The position numbers and the translations under genes are program-made. From assembly GCA_037135115.1 (NCBI GenBank), contig JBAXKX010000001.1, forward strand, positions 1-60,588: a stretch of 60,588 bases of DNA, in the 5' to 3' direction. Positions within the stretch are counted from its first letter, which is position 1. Every line of letters starts with the position of its first letter. Source of the stretch: Rhodospirillaceae bacterium. Its GTDB lineage: Bacteria; Pseudomonadota; Alphaproteobacteria; Azospirillales; Azospirillaceae. Shown in pieces: positions 37,121 to 47,720 of this stretch. A model generated the notes under the pieces. That model had not been told where the DNA came from. It saw only the letters and a list, made by a program, of their open reading frames with translations, and made no database searches.

Positions 37121-38404
37121 ATGAATATCCAAACCATCAATGTTTTGGCCGGCTTTCAGCGCAGGTTGGTTCTGCGGTTGCTCCTGGTTGGACTTGTCGC
37201 GTCTGTAATGGCGGCTATAGCGGCATTTTACATTGAAACTGAAAGGTTGGAAGATACTTTGGTTAACCAAGCCACGCTTGAGGCAAAATTCGTTAGTGCC
37301 ATGTTGGCCGATAGCAGCGGGCGTCCGGCCAATGAGAAAGTACTAACGACTTTTCTTCAAAATCATACCTCTAACAACCTGGATTTCTTCGTCCACGTTG
37401 AAATGTATAACGAAAGTAAACAGACCATCGCCGAGGCGTCGTTGCCGGGCTTTTCCTTTATCGAGGTGTATTCTGACCGCTTCGTCCATCGGTTTCCGCA
37501 GAGCGGTCGAACTTGGTATGATAAACTGTCAATTGAAGGCTCATCCTACCTTCAAGTCATAGTCCCGTTGCCCGGCGGCAACGGCAAGGTCGGTGGCTGG
37601 TTTGAAGGCATCTACCGGTGGTCGCCGAAGACGCTGGCCGCGATCGATACCGACATTCTACAAATCATTATGTTGGTCGTTGGCGCGGTGCTGTTGACGG
37701 CGTCGGTGCTCTATCCCCTGATGTCCTCGCTGCAGGGGCACATTGTCGCGGCAGCCAAGGGGCTGTTGCGAGCCAATATCGACTCACTGAAGGTGCTGGG
37801 CAGCGCAATCGCCAAGCGTGACAGCGACACCAATGCCCATAACTTCCGGGTAACGGTGCTGGCTATCCGCATCGCCGAGGCCATGAACGTAGATGATGCA
37901 GCGATTCGCTGCCTGATAAAGGGCTCGTTCCTGCACGACGTGGGCAAAATTGCCGTACCCGACGCCATCTTGTTGAAGCCGGGAAAACTGAGCGAGGATG
38001 AGCTTACCACGATGAAAACCCACGTCACGCACGGCTTGGATATCATCGCCGCCAGCGTTTGGCTTCGTGACGCTGCCAATATCGTCGGCGGGCACCACGA
38101 GAAGATCGACGGTTCCGGTTATCCGTGCGGCCTTGTCGGTGAGGATATCCCACTGTCGGCCCGGATATTCGCCGTCGCCGACGTTTTTGACGCGCTTACC
38201 AGTGAGCGTCCTTACAAGCGTGCGATGTCGGTTGAGCAGGCCATGGTCATCATGGAACAAGGGCGCGGCCTTCATTTTGACAGCCCGGTCCTTGATGCTT
38301 TTTGCACATTAATGCCGCAGCTCCACGCCGAAATCGCCAAATGTGGTGATTCTGGTGTTGAAGCCATGACCGACAACCTGCTGGCCCGATACTTTAGGAT
38401 GTGA
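37121..38404 (+). CDS. HD-GYP domain c-di-GMP phosphodiesterase with an N-terminal 2-TM periplasmic sensor region
   Basis: HNFRVTVLAIRIAE, FLHDVGKIAVPD, GGHHEKIDGSGYPCGL. The N-terminal half is AT-richer and has two TM helices flanking ~150 aa. Confidence 0.85.
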   Translation: MNIQTINVLAGFQRRLVLRLLLVGLVASVMAAIAAFYIETERLEDTLVNQATLEAKFVSAMLADSSGRPANEKVLTTFLQNHTSNNLDFFVHVEMYNESKQTIAEASLPGFSFIEVYSDRFVHRFPQSGRTWYDKLSIEGSSYLQVIVPLPGGNGKVGGWFEGIYRWSPKTLAAIDTDILQIIMLVVGAVLLTASVLYPLMSSLQGHIVAAAKGLLRANIDSLKVLGSAIAKRDSDTNAHNFRVTVLAIRIAEAMNVDDAAIRCLIKGSFLHDVGKIAVPDAILLKPGKLSEDELTTMKTHVTHGLDIIAASVWLRDAANIVGGHHEKIDGSGYPCGLVGEDIPLSARIFAVADVFDALTSERPYKRAMSVEQAMVIMEQGRGLHFDSPVLDAFCTLMPQLHAEIAKCGDSGVEAMTDNLLARYFRM

Positions 38405-38509
38405 GCGGTCTGGCGTTGTCGTTAATTTCCTGCTACTCGTTGAGAATGTCGACGTAATAATGTTGACGCCCCGTTCAGGCATGATCGGGCAGAGTGGAGG
38501 ATTAATTCC

Positions 38510-40351
38510 GTGCCCACCTATCGTTCCCGCACCACCACTCACGGCCGGAACATGGCCGGTGCCCGTAGTCTGTGGCGGGCCACCGGCATGAAGGATGGCG
38601 ACTTTGGCAAGCCGATTATCGCGGTGGCCAACTCGTTTACCCAGTTTGTTCCTGGCCATGTTCACCTTAAGGACATGGGGCAGCTTGTGGCCCGCGAGAT
38701 CGAACGGGCGGGCGGGGTGGCTAAGGAGTTCAGCACCATTGCCGTTGATGACGGCATCGCCATGGGTCACGGCGGTATGCTCTACAGCCTGCCCTCGCGC
38801 GAGTTGATCGCCGATTCGGTCGAATACATGGTTAATGCCCATTGCGCCGATGCCCTGGTCTGTATTTCTAACTGTGACAAGATTACTCCTGGTATGCTGA
38901 TGGCGGTGTTGCGATTAAACATCCCCGCCGTGTTCGTCTCGGGTGGGCCGATGGAGGCCGGGCGCGGTAGTATTGGCGGCAAGGCCAGGGCACTTGACCT
39001 AGTTGATGCTATGGTTGCCGCAGCCGATGACAGCATCCCTGACCAAGAGCTGGCCGAGATGGAGCGCGCCGCCTGTCCTACCTGCGGCTCGTGTTCGGGG
39101 CTATTTACCGCTAACTCGATGAACTGCTTGATGGAGGCGCTGGGGCTGGCGCTACCCGGTAACGGCACTCTTGTCGCCACCCACGCCGACCGCGAAAAGC
39201 TGTTCTTGGAGGCGGGCCGTTTGGTGGTTGAGCTGACCAAGCGTTACTACGAGGACGATGACGGGGCGGCCCTGCCGCGCTCGATTGCTTGCTTCAAGGC
39301 TTTTGAGAACGCCATGGTCCTCGACATTGCCATGGGCGGTTCAACTAATACTGTGCTGCATCTGCTGGCCGCCGCTAGCGAGGCCGGCATTGACTTCACT
39401 ATGGGCGACATTGACCGGTTGTCGCGCCGGGTGCCCAACCTGTGCAAGGTCGCGCCGTCGGTTCCCGATACCCATTTGGAAGATGTTCACCGGGCCGGTG
39501 GCGTTATGGCCATCCTGGCCGAGCTTGATCGCGCCGGCTTGCTGCATAGCGACGTGCCGACTGTTCATGCCCCGACCTTGGCCGCTGCGCTTGAGCGGTG
39601 GGACGTGATGCGCAATCCGGCGGTCAACGAATTTTTCCGCGCCGCACCCGGCGGTGTTGTAAGCCATGTTGCGTTCAGCCAGTCCCGGCGCTACGAGGCG
39701 CTTGATCTTGATCGCGCCAAGGGGGCAATCCGCAATATCGCCAACGCATTTAGCCTCGACGGTGGTTTGGCCGTGCTTTATGGCAACCTCGCCGAGCAAG
39801 GATCGATCGTAAAAACCGCTGGCGTGGATGCCTCGATTCTCAGATTCGGCGGCCCCGCTGTGGTCTTCGAGAGTCAAGAAGCTGCGGTTGCCGGCATTCT
39901 TTGCGGGGGGGTCAAGGCCGGTGATGTGGTGGTGATACGCTATGAGGGTCCGCGCGGTGGTCCCGGCATGCAGGAGATGCTTTACCCGACCAGCTACCTC
40001 AAATCCAAGGGGCTGGGCAAGGCGTGTGCTTTAATCACCGATGGGCGCTTTTCAGGGGGCACCTCTGGGTTGTCCATTGGCCATGTTTCACCTGAAGCGG
40101 CCGAGGGAGGCACCATCGCGCTGGTTGAGAATGGCGATCGTATTGAAATCGATATTCCCGGCCGCACCATGCACCTCGTGGTATCGGATATTGAAATTGC
40201 TCGACGCCACGCCGCGAGAGGTGGCGTTTGGAAGCCCCGTAACCGCGAGCGCAAGGTTAGTCCGGCTTTGCGTGTCTATGCCGCTATGACCACCAGCGCC
40301 GCGCGTGGTGCGGTACGCGATGTCTCTCGGCTGGGGGGGGATCACACATGA
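38510..40351 (+). CDS. ilvD: dihydroxy-acid dehydratase
   Basis: [26 protein letters not shown] is near-identical to the enterobacterial N-terminus. Also [11 protein letters not shown] and [22 protein letters not shown]. Confidence 0.97.
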   Translation: MPTYRSRTTTHGRNMAGARSLWRATGMKDGDFGKPIIAVANSFTQFVPGHVHLKDMGQLVAREIERAGGVAKEFSTIAVDDGIAMGHGGMLYSLPSRELIADSVEYMVNAHCADALVCISNCDKITPGMLMAVLRLNIPAVFVSGGPMEAGRGSIGGKARALDLVDAMVAAADDSIPDQELAEMERAACPTCGSCSGLFTANSMNCLMEALGLALPGNGTLVATHADREKLFLEAGRLVVELTKRYYEDDDGAALPRSIACFKAFENAMVLDIAMGGSTNTVLHLLAAASEAGIDFTMGDIDRLSRRVPNLCKVAPSVPDTHLEDVHRAGGVMAILAELDRAGLLHSDVPTVHAPTLAAALERWDVMRNPAVNEFFRAAPGGVVSHVAFSQSRRYEALDLDRAKGAIRNIANAFSLDGGLAVLYGNLAEQGSIVKTAGVDASILRFGGPAVVFESQEAAVAGILCGGVKAGDVVVIRYEGPRGGPGMQEMLYPTSYLKSKGLGKACALITDGRFSGGTSGLSIGHVSPEAAEGGTIALVENGDRIEIDIPGRTMHLVVSDIEIARRHAARGGVWKPRNRERKVSPALRVYAAMTTSAARGAVRDVSRLGGDHT

Positions 40352-41454
40352 TTAGGTTTCTTTCAGTTTTGATCTTTTTTTGCTTGTTGGTGCCCTTAGT
40401 TCGGGCTGAAGTAATTCCCCCTGAATTGCTGCACGATCTCGAAACCGGCAAAATCGAGCGGCCTAAGATTATAATTAGCGGCTCCGACACGATGTCACCT
40501 TTTAACGCCGAGATCAGCCGGCATTTGGCGGCACAGTGGCAAATACCCCATCCCGAGGAGCGGCTGGCCGGTACTCACGCCGGCTTTGTTAGTTTCTGTT
40601 CCGGCATTGGGGCGGAATATCCCGATGTCGTCGCCGCGACAAGGCGGATGCGTCAGACTGAGTTCGATGTTTGCGCCGCTAACGGTATTGTTGACCTCAT
40701 TGAGGTGCCTTTGGGGTACAGCGCCGTGGTTTTTGTCGCCAAGCGCGGTGATAAGACGCTCAAGTTAACTCCTAAGATTATTTTTCAGGCACTGGCTGCC
40801 GAAGTCCCTCAGGGTCTGACCTCCTTTGCGCAGGATTTATTAGTCAATCCTTACGAGACTTGGCAGCAAATTGACAAGAAGCTTCCCGCCGATTTGATCA
40901 ATGTTGTCCTACCCGGGCACGCCACCGGCACCCACAGCATCTTTGACGATGTGTTCATGCAAGGCGGTTGCCGGACGTTCACGATCATTAAGCTGATCTT
41001 TTACGAAAAGGAAAGGGTGGCGCTATGCACCACATTGCGCGGTGATGGTCGGGTTGTAGAAATAGCGAAGGATTACGAGGAGCAGGTTCCGGCCATGGTA
41101 ATCAAAGGACCACCCGGCACCGTTGGCGTCATTCCCTATTTTTATGCGGTGAAGAACGCAGATAGTCTGCAAATACTGCCGGTTAATGGCATTATGCCGA
41201 CACCGCAGAGCATCGAGAGCGATGCTTATGAGGGTGTGCATACCGTCTATTATTACTTCAAGCGGGCGCATATGCGGAACCATGATGGTGTCGGCGTTGT
41301 GCGCGGTCTCCGCCAGTTCATCGTCGAAAGCTCCAGCGAGGCGGCTCGCGCCCCCGGCGGCTATCTCGAGGCTCTTGGCCTAACGCCGCTTCCGGCCGAT
41401 ATGCGTCTGGCCCAGCGCCGGGCGGCGTTGCGGTTGGAGCGTTTTAGCCGATGA
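40348..41454 (+). CDS. secreted PstS-like (type 2 periplasmic binding fold) protein with no transporter partner in the window
   Basis: Signal peptide ...[19 protein letters not shown] resembles the PBP_like_2 start. There is an ATGA overlap with the ilvD stop. Confidence 0.45.
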   Translation: MIRFLSVLIFFCLLVPLVRAEVIPPELLHDLETGKIERPKIIISGSDTMSPFNAEISRHLAAQWQIPHPEERLAGTHAGFVSFCSGIGAEYPDVVAATRRMRQTEFDVCAANGIVDLIEVPLGYSAVVFVAKRGDKTLKLTPKIIFQALAAEVPQGLTSFAQDLLVNPYETWQQIDKKLPADLINVVLPGHATGTHSIFDDVFMQGGCRTFTIIKLIFYEKERVALCTTLRGDGRVVEIAKDYEEQVPAMVIKGPPGTVGVIPYFYAVKNADSLQILPVNGIMPTPQSIESDAYEGVHTVYYYFKRAHMRNHDGVGVVRGLRQFIVESSSEAARAPGGYLEALGLTPLPADMRLAQRRAALRLERFSR

Positions 41455-41497
41455 ACGCCGTAATTTCCGCATCTTTGTCGAACCTGGGATCGAAGCC

Positions 41498-42274
41498 ATG
41501 AACTTTTCCGTCAATCAACGCCAACCCCATTCCTTTCAGTCCGTGTTATGTGCTATAGTCGCAGTTACTGCGGTGACAACGGTAATATCTGCCGGTCCGG
41601 TCATGGCTCAAGGTCAGCCGGCATTGCCTTCCGACCTGTCGCTGGTGGCGGCCCCGCTTACTACGCTGAGCATATCTAGTGGTGCGGTTAACTCCAACGC
41701 GGCGGACTCGTCTGACAGTGACGACCCGTTCGATGATCGTGGTTATTTAGAAATCATGGGCACCTCATTTGGCGAAATTTGGTCTTGGACATCATATACC
41801 ATGGGCACGATGTTTTCCGCCATAACGCCGCCTACCCCGGCGGCCATGGTTAAGCGCTTCCAAGATGACGAAGAAAAATCTCCATTTTTCGCGCTAATCG
41901 GCTACGCCGGGTATAAAATAAAGGAAATCGAGAACGGCATCGGCCTGCCGCCGGATGTTACAGTCAAGTTCGGACGTATTCGTAATCTATCGGATGCCGA
42001 TATCGACTACATCGATCGGGAATTGTCCCGTTGGGAAAAGCGCGATAGCGGAGTTGTCGCGGAGGCACAGCGGGCGGTGATTTCTACCCTGGTTTCGGTC
42101 AACCAAAGCGATAGCTATGTTATTGATGCGGTGCGCCTGCGCGTGCTGCCGCTACCCCAGGTCAAGTTTACTCTGGCTCCGACCGAAGGGGGCATGAGCA
42201 TGGAAAACAGCGTGCTTCTGCGCGCAATCCAGCGCCTCGACCGCAGGCTGGTTGATGTCCAGAAGAGAGGTTGA
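41498..42274 (+). CDS. secreted hypothetical protein
   Basis: Signal peptide ...SAGPVMAQG, with no recognisable motif. Confidence 0.45.
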   Translation: MNFSVNQRQPHSFQSVLCAIVAVTAVTTVISAGPVMAQGQPALPSDLSLVAAPLTTLSISSGAVNSNAADSSDSDDPFDDRGYLEIMGTSFGEIWSWTSYTMGTMFSAITPPTPAAMVKRFQDDEEKSPFFALIGYAGYKIKEIENGIGLPPDVTVKFGRIRNLSDADIDYIDRELSRWEKRDSGVVAEAQRAVISTLVSVNQSDSYVIDAVRLRVLPLPQVKFTLAPTEGGMSMENSVLLRAIQRLDRRLVDVQKRG

Positions 42275-42309
42275 AAGAAGACAAGAAATAGAAAATATTG
42301 TTCAAGTGA

Positions 42310-43143
42310 TTACTGATAGGTAATAATCCTACCAGTATTACTTGGGTTTTCTCTGCTATTATTGTTATCCATGCGGAACGGCACGTCCTTTGATCGGCTG
42401 GTTCTACCGCCTGACATTGGGGCGAATTGGCTTTCCAACTCAGACAGTACCGCCTCCGCCAAAGAGTGTGAGACATCTGACATTACCCGCCCTCGGCTCA
42501 ACGAAACCCTGGTACCGGGGCTGTTTGCCAAACGCTGATCGCTACCTTCGCCTAAGGCTGAGAATCCAGCCGTCACTTCATAGGTCTTGGTATTAATCAA
42601 TGAGAAATCAACAAGCAATTCCATGGCCAATATATGGTTGGTGGCATTTGTGGCCTGGATATCAATGCTCTCATTGCGGCTTTCAATACTGGTTATAGTA
42701 CCAAACAATACATAGTCAGCTCCAGGATAAAGGCCATTCTTGATGCGGCCGATGATATCAAATAGGGTTGTGCGCCCTTTCGGACTCCAAGGGCGCCCCT
42801 GCGTTACCCGGTAAAGGCTAGATTTGAGTAAGGCGCCCTTGATATCGCCGGTGAACTTGTGCAATTCACCGCGTTCGATCCAGGATATTTGACCCGAGGT
42901 GGCAACCACGGAACGATCGGATTGGCTACGGCTATGACTTGAATAAAAACTGTCATCCGATCGCTCGCGGGTTTTTTCGTGTGCTTCAAAATAGGTAAAA
43001 TAGCTTGAGACCTTCTCTTCATAGGTGAGGTCGGTAACGGCGATCTTCGGCTGCCCGGCTGCGCGGACCTCATATCCCATCAAGAACATCATCAGGCAGA
43101 TGCACCCCAGGACAGCCCGGAGAAGACGCAAGCTATTACCCAT
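42310..43143 (-). CDS. secreted or lipoprotein of unknown function (possible CsgG/LpoB-like fold)
   Basis: Signal peptide with a possible lipobox VLGC. It shows the pattern KIAVTDLTYE ... ADYVLFGTITSIES ... LVDFSLINTKTYEVT typical of this fold class. A Ser-rich insert is present (SFYSSHSRSQSDRS). Confidence 0.4.
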   Translation of the reverse strand: MGNSLRLLRAVLGCICLMMFLMGYEVRAAGQPKIAVTDLTYEEKVSSYFTYFEAHEKTRERSDDSFYSSHSRSQSDRSVVATSGQISWIERGELHKFTGDIKGALLKSSLYRVTQGRPWSPKGRTTLFDIIGRIKNGLYPGADYVLFGTITSIESRNESIDIQATNATNHILAMELLVDFSLINTKTYEVTAGFSALGEGSDQRLANSPGTRVSLSRGRVMSDVSHSLAEAVLSELESQFAPMSGGRTSRSKDVPFRMDNNNSRENPSNTGRIITYQ

Positions 43144-43167
43144 GATTTTTAACTCCCGTGCAGTAAA

Positions 43168-43761
43168 CTAACGTGCGGATGTCTTGCGGATCTCTTTTTC
43201 CTCGGCCCACTCAATGGTTCCGGCTTCAACATCAGTCATAATAAGACTAAACTTATAGTACACATCTTTAACATCGCTAGTTCTCTTGACGATAGAAGAG
43301 ATTTCCCCCTCAATGCGGTACTGTGCCCCCTCCATTTTTCCGACCTTGACGGCTGTGCTCTTCTTATAGAGCCCGGTCGTGCTTTGGCGAGTAAGCTCGT
43401 CGGTCTGATTTTGCATGGCAGCTATATCGGTTGCGAATCGCATCGATCCGCTTTTCAGCAGCTGGGAGCGAATCGTGTTGGTAATCGCCCGTGTGTCGAT
43501 GTACTCGCTTGTCTTATTTTTGACCTCGGCGATGGTAACCAGAGGCCTGCTCCGGTAGCCGGCCGCAGTCTGACTTAAGGATCGCGCCATCGATTCGGCG
43601 ATGGTTTGCAAATCAGTGGACCCGAACTCGTTGGTCAGCCGCTCAACGGCTTTGGAATCACCGTACTGAACATTGCTGCCAATTGTCGGCGTGCTGTTGG
43701 CGCAGGCGCTCAACAAGCCAATAACACCCAATAGCGTACCAGCTTTTACTATCATATTCAT
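43168..43761 (-). CDS. LpoB-like lipoprotein (penicillin-binding protein activator LpoB family, COG3417-like)
   Basis: Lipobox LLSAC. Motifs PLVTIAEVKNKTSEYIDTRAITNTIRSQLLKSG ... GAQYRIEGEISS ... LIMTDVEAGTIEW. ATG 43761 is preferred over the track start. Confidence 0.6.
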   Translation of the reverse strand: MNMIVKAGTLLGVIGLLSACANSTPTIGSNVQYGDSKAVERLTNEFGSTDLQTIAESMARSLSQTAAGYRSRPLVTIAEVKNKTSEYIDTRAITNTIRSQLLKSGSMRFATDIAAMQNQTDELTRQSTTGLYKKSTAVKVGKMEGAQYRIEGEISSIVKRTSDVKDVYYKFSLIMTDVEAGTIEWAEEKEIRKTSAR

Positions 43762-43792
43762 CTTATCCCACTCGCCTCCATTTAAAACGGCA

Positions 43793-44194
43793 TCACTGAT
43801 TCTGTCCGGGGCTGGGGTTGTTCGCCCAGTTGCGATCCCCGCTAAATACAATCTTGAAGTCTAGTGCCTTGATTGTCGGCGCGATAACCTGCAATTTTTG
43901 CCGCTGGCTGCCATGGAGAAGAATTGGCTTCCATGCTTCCTCGCCCCAGGCAGGAAAGCCGTCAGCGTCAAACCACTCCATGCGGTAGTAACCTTCCTGA
44001 TCACTCGTATCAGAATTAGCTATTTCAACGATCAAGTTCAACAGGCCGTTGACCTCGCGCGTTTTCAGACCAGTGATACTAAGGTACTGGGAAGTTCCAA
44101 CGTATTCGACTTTGGACGCGATTGTTTGGCTCATTGCAAGATGGGAGCAACCTAAGAACAGTATCGCAACAAGGGTGCAAAATCTAATCAACAT
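43793..44194 (-). CDS. YcfL-like lipoprotein (DUF1425)
   Basis: Lipobox FLGC. YYRMEWFDADGFP matches the YRF-WYD-G core of YcfL. It is adjacent to the LpoB-like gene, as ycfL is to lpoB in E. coli. Confidence 0.6.
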   Translation of the reverse strand: MLIRFCTLVAILFLGCSHLAMSQTIASKVEYVGTSQYLSITGLKTREVNGLLNLIVEIANSDTSDQEGYYRMEWFDADGFPAWGEEAWKPILLHGSQRQKLQVIAPTIKALDFKIVFSGDRNWANNPSPGQNQ

Positions 44195-44230
44195 TCCAAA
44201 AATCTCCTGATGAGTGGTGGATGCAATAGT

Positions 44231-45826
44231 TCACGCATCGCCAGCACGGTTTGGCATGGCCTTCTTCCCCTTAACCGGTATATGTCCCTTAACCGGTGTC
44301 TTTCCCTTGGTCTTCACATTAGTATTGGCGGCAGGCTTTATATTGGTTTCAGAAGGCTCAACGATCGCTACTATCGGCGGGGCGATCACGGGCGGCAGAC
44401 TGGTGTAGAGATTGTTGCCCAATAGCCGAATGGCGACAATGGCATAAGGGCCAGAGATGGCAATTGTCCTTACTTGCGGGCCAGTTGCGGTGGCAATGAC
44501 GATTTTATGGGCGCCGGGAGCCAGGGATGTTCGCGCCACTGAATAATAGCCAGGCAGGGTTCGCCAAATACGCTCGTCGGCAACCTCGGTCGCAACCGTC
44601 GCAACCTTGGCGACAATGCCGAATAAGGTGCCAATAAGGGCGGCGTTACCCGATAGGCGTGCGCTCGCGGTGTCGATTGCCGCCTGAGCAATGCCGCGAC
44701 TGATTGCTCTAATCGCGGAGCGTGCAATGATACTAGGCATTTCGTCAGATAAGGCGCGGCGAGCCATGGCATTGGTGTCGGTCAACATGGCGACCGGCAG
44801 CGTCTTGTCATCGACAACCATGGTGCTGGGCACGGCGGCATTAATATCCGGCCGTATAACTGGCCATGACAGCGGAGTTGCAATGACGTTGAAGCTATGG
44901 CCGGTAGGAATGGGCAGAATGATCGGCAACGTTACGGACTCGATACCAGGAGCCAGTCCGCTTTCGACAACAAACAAGGTATCGACCGTGTTTGAATTCG
45001 CCCTCCCCGCAACATTTTTATCGAGATTTTTTAAACTGTCGTCAATAACCGGAATGTTTGGGCGCATCTCTGCTGCCTTACGATAGCCCGGTGCGGCCAG
45101 TGAAGGCTCACCCAAAGCCTCGTAAACGAAGCCCGCAATAAAATTGCCGTAGGCCGATTCGTATGAGTTCTTTAAGGCCCGGACAGCCGGATCATCCAGT
45201 GTTTCAATGGGATAACCACTCAATTCCTTAAAAGAGGTGGCCTTGATGCCCTTTTCAGCCGATTTGGCCACCGCCGCTTCAAGCTCCTTGGAACGGAACT
45301 CGGCTATGGTTGCTTCGCGCTCGTGCATCTTGGTAATTTCTGTGCGCGCGGCCGACAAATCGCCGAGGGCAATATGGTCAAGCGCCAGCCGGACATTCAG
45401 GAATACTTTCTCGTAATCTCTTCCATCATAGCGGCGAGTAGTGTCGTTAACTAGGATCGAGCCCAATTCACCAAAGAATTTCGACGGATCAGTCTTGGCG
45501 TCATCCTCCCACTGCCGAACAACGGCATCAGCCGAAAGCCAGGAGTCGCGGCTTTCATTATAGACGCCCTTCATTCGAAGCAATTCGCCCTTGTCTAAAT
45601 AATAAAGAATATCCTTATCGCTTGACGCATTCTTGCTTTCAAGACTGCTCAATGCTACGTCCAGGCTTCCCGCCGTGGCCGCAGTAATCATTTCTGCGGT
45701 CTGATGGGCGTAGCCAGCACAACCGGAGACAGCAAACGGGACTACAAGGAGCACGGCGCGGATTGCTTCGGTCGACCAACGGCACGCCGTACCTCTGCTT
45801 CGCCGCCGTTTGACAATGGAGACCAT
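44231..45826 (-). CDS. large lipoprotein with an N-terminal TPR-like region (COG3014-like), unknown function
   Basis: Lipobox AVSGC. TPR-like helices fill the first ~250 aa. A C-terminal Lys-rich tail is present (KTKGKTPVKGHIPVKGKK). Confidence 0.5.
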   Translation of the reverse strand: MVSIVKRRRSRGTACRWSTEAIRAVLLVVPFAVSGCAGYAHQTAEMITAATAGSLDVALSSLESKNASSDKDILYYLDKGELLRMKGVYNESRDSWLSADAVVRQWEDDAKTDPSKFFGELGSILVNDTTRRYDGRDYEKVFLNVRLALDHIALGDLSAARTEITKMHEREATIAEFRSKELEAAVAKSAEKGIKATSFKELSGYPIETLDDPAVRALKNSYESAYGNFIAGFVYEALGEPSLAAPGYRKAAEMRPNIPVIDDSLKNLDKNVAGRANSNTVDTLFVVESGLAPGIESVTLPIILPIPTGHSFNVIATPLSWPVIRPDINAAVPSTMVVDDKTLPVAMLTDTNAMARRALSDEMPSIIARSAIRAISRGIAQAAIDTASARLSGNAALIGTLFGIVAKVATVATEVADERIWRTLPGYYSVARTSLAPGAHKIVIATATGPQVRTIAISGPYAIVAIRLLGNNLYTSLPPVIAPPIVAIVEPSETNIKPAANTNVKTKGKTPVKGHIPVKGKKAMPNRAGDA

Positions 45827-46063
45827 AAAACACCCATTTGGTTATAATGATTTATTCCAATATAGGAGTGAGCACATTGAATCCTCAGGTGTCAATAGCT
45901 ACTTTCGCTCTGTTCGAAACGCAAAAAGCACCGGACCACAGAGGTCACGGCGCTCGCTACGTTTGTCTTAGCCCGAGACGCCCAAGCACCTAATATAACC
46001 ACCAAGTCCATAATGGATCGGTAATCAAGCATGTGAGGCTGAAGCGGTTTGGGAACAAGATTA

Positions 46064-46279
46064 CTAAAAGCCCTCGCGTTCCATGCGCTTACGCAACAGC
46101 TTGCGCGTGCGCCGCACCGCTTCGGCTTTCTCGCGAGCGCGCTTTTCCGAAGGCTTTTCATAGTTCCGGCGAAGTTTCATTTCCCGGAAAATGCCCTCGC
46201 GCTGCATCTTCTTTTTCAGCGCGCGAAGGGCTTGATCGACATTGTTGTCTCGAACGAGAACTTGCACGTTTTTCGTCAC
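46064..46279 (-). CDS. rpsU: 30S ribosomal protein S21
   Basis: [39 protein letters not shown]. Confidence 0.95.
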   Translation of the reverse strand: MTKNVQVLVRDNNVDQALRALKKKMQREGIFREMKLRRNYEKPSEKRAREKAEAVRRTRKLLRKRMEREGF

Positions 46280-46453
46280 CCCTTGGCTGTTGTCACGGCA
46301 CAGGTCACCGCCATCCTGGCAGTACCCAGGCGGACCAAATCTCTAACACAGACGCCGGGATAAGGGAAGGGCTGAACGCAGAAAAACTTTCACCCGGCCA
46401 AACTCGGCTTAGCTGTTGCTTTTGCGGCCGATTTCGCCAATTATATAATGATA

Positions 46454-47014
46454 ATGGCTATTCTCAAGATTGCCCTAATGGGGCACCCGGTGCTGCGCCG
46501 CACGGCCCAGCCGGTCCCCAACCCCGCAGCGCCGGAACACCGGGAGCTGATTGACGATATGCGCCAGACGATGGTGGATGCGACCGGGGTTGGCCTAGCG
46601 GCGCCCCAGGTCTTTGCCGGTCGTCGTATCATCATGTTTTGCGCCCCGGCCAGCCGGCCCGGAACTGGATCTAAAACCGAAACTGAAATTCCGGAAACCG
46701 TCTTGATCAACCCCGAGATCGAACCATTTTCAGATGAGGTCGCATTGGGCTGGGAGGGCTGCTTGTCTTTGCCGCGTCTGCGTGGGCTGGTACCGCGTTG
46801 GCGGCATATCGGTTATCGCGGCTACTCACCAGACGGCACCCTCATTGAGTGTGAAGCCTTTGGCTTTCTCGCCAGGGTTATTCAACACGAATTAGATCAT
46901 CTAAATGGTATCCTTTACCTTGATCGCATTATCGACTCGAGGCTGATAACCTACGAGGAGGAGATGGCCGATTTCCGCCATGAGGACTACATCGGCTTGG
47001 CAAGTATTGAATGA
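46454..47014 (+). CDS. def: peptide deformylase
   Basis: GVGLAAPQV, EGCLSLP, HELDHLNG. The start is either ATG 46448 or ATG 46454. Confidence 0.92.
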   Translation: MAILKIALMGHPVLRRTAQPVPNPAAPEHRELIDDMRQTMVDATGVGLAAPQVFAGRRIIMFCAPASRPGTGSKTETEIPETVLINPEIEPFSDEVALGWEGCLSLPRLRGLVPRWRHIGYRGYSPDGTLIECEAFGFLARVIQHELDHLNGILYLDRIIDSRLITYEEEMADFRHEDYIGLASIE

Positions 47015-47700
47015 ATATCGATTGGGGACGCATCAAGGCCATGGACATCACCACGCTAAGGGACACCATCCTCGAGGCCACACTGCCTAACGTATTATTC
47101 GATGGTTGGACCGACCACGCCCTGCGGTCAGGGACTCGTGCCGCTGGCTTGGGACCGGACACGCTGGCTCAAGCCTTCCCCGAAGGCGCTGCCGATGCCG
47201 TTATCCATTTTCGCGAATGGACCGACCGCCGGTTGGCGACAGCCTATCGTACTGAGGACACCACTGGACTAAACCTGAATGACCGGGTTGCGCTGGCGAT
47301 ACGACTGCGCCTCCAGGCGATAGATGCTCACAAGCAGGCAACGCAAACTTGGCTGGGATGGCTCGCCTTGCCGCATCACGCGAAGCTGGCGGCGCGACTG
47401 CACTACCAAACTATTGAAGAAATCCGTCTCCTGGTTGGCGATAATGCGACCGGCATTTCCTTATGTACCAAGAGGACGCTGTTGGCCGGTATCTATGGAG
47501 CGACTCTGCTTCATTGGCTCGGTGATGATTCGGAAGGACATGCCGCCACCTGGAATTTCCTGGCCCGTTCGCTTGAAACGGCCACCGGCCTGGGCCAAAA
47601 CGTCGCAAAACTGGGCGTGCTGAGCAAGGCGCTGTGGTTAGTTCCCTCCCCGGTTCGTTTTGCCCGCCAAATCCGCCGCCGTGCCGCCGGGCGAGTCTGA
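47011..47700 (+). CDS. COQ9-like / rpsU-divergently-transcribed family protein
   Basis: ATGA overlap with def. It is an all-helical ~229-aa protein in the alphaproteobacterial position divergent from rpsU. The family call is from remembered synteny and sequence flavour (LPNVLFDGWTD...). Confidence 0.55.
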   Translation: MNIDWGRIKAMDITTLRDTILEATLPNVLFDGWTDHALRSGTRAAGLGPDTLAQAFPEGAADAVIHFREWTDRRLATAYRTEDTTGLNLNDRVALAIRLRLQAIDAHKQATQTWLGWLALPHHAKLAARLHYQTIEEIRLLVGDNATGISLCTKRTLLAGIYGATLLHWLGDDSEGHAATWNFLARSLETATGLGQNVAKLGVLSKALWLVPSPVRFARQIRRRAAGRV

Positions 47701-47720
47701 AACCGCGCCTAAATAGCCCT

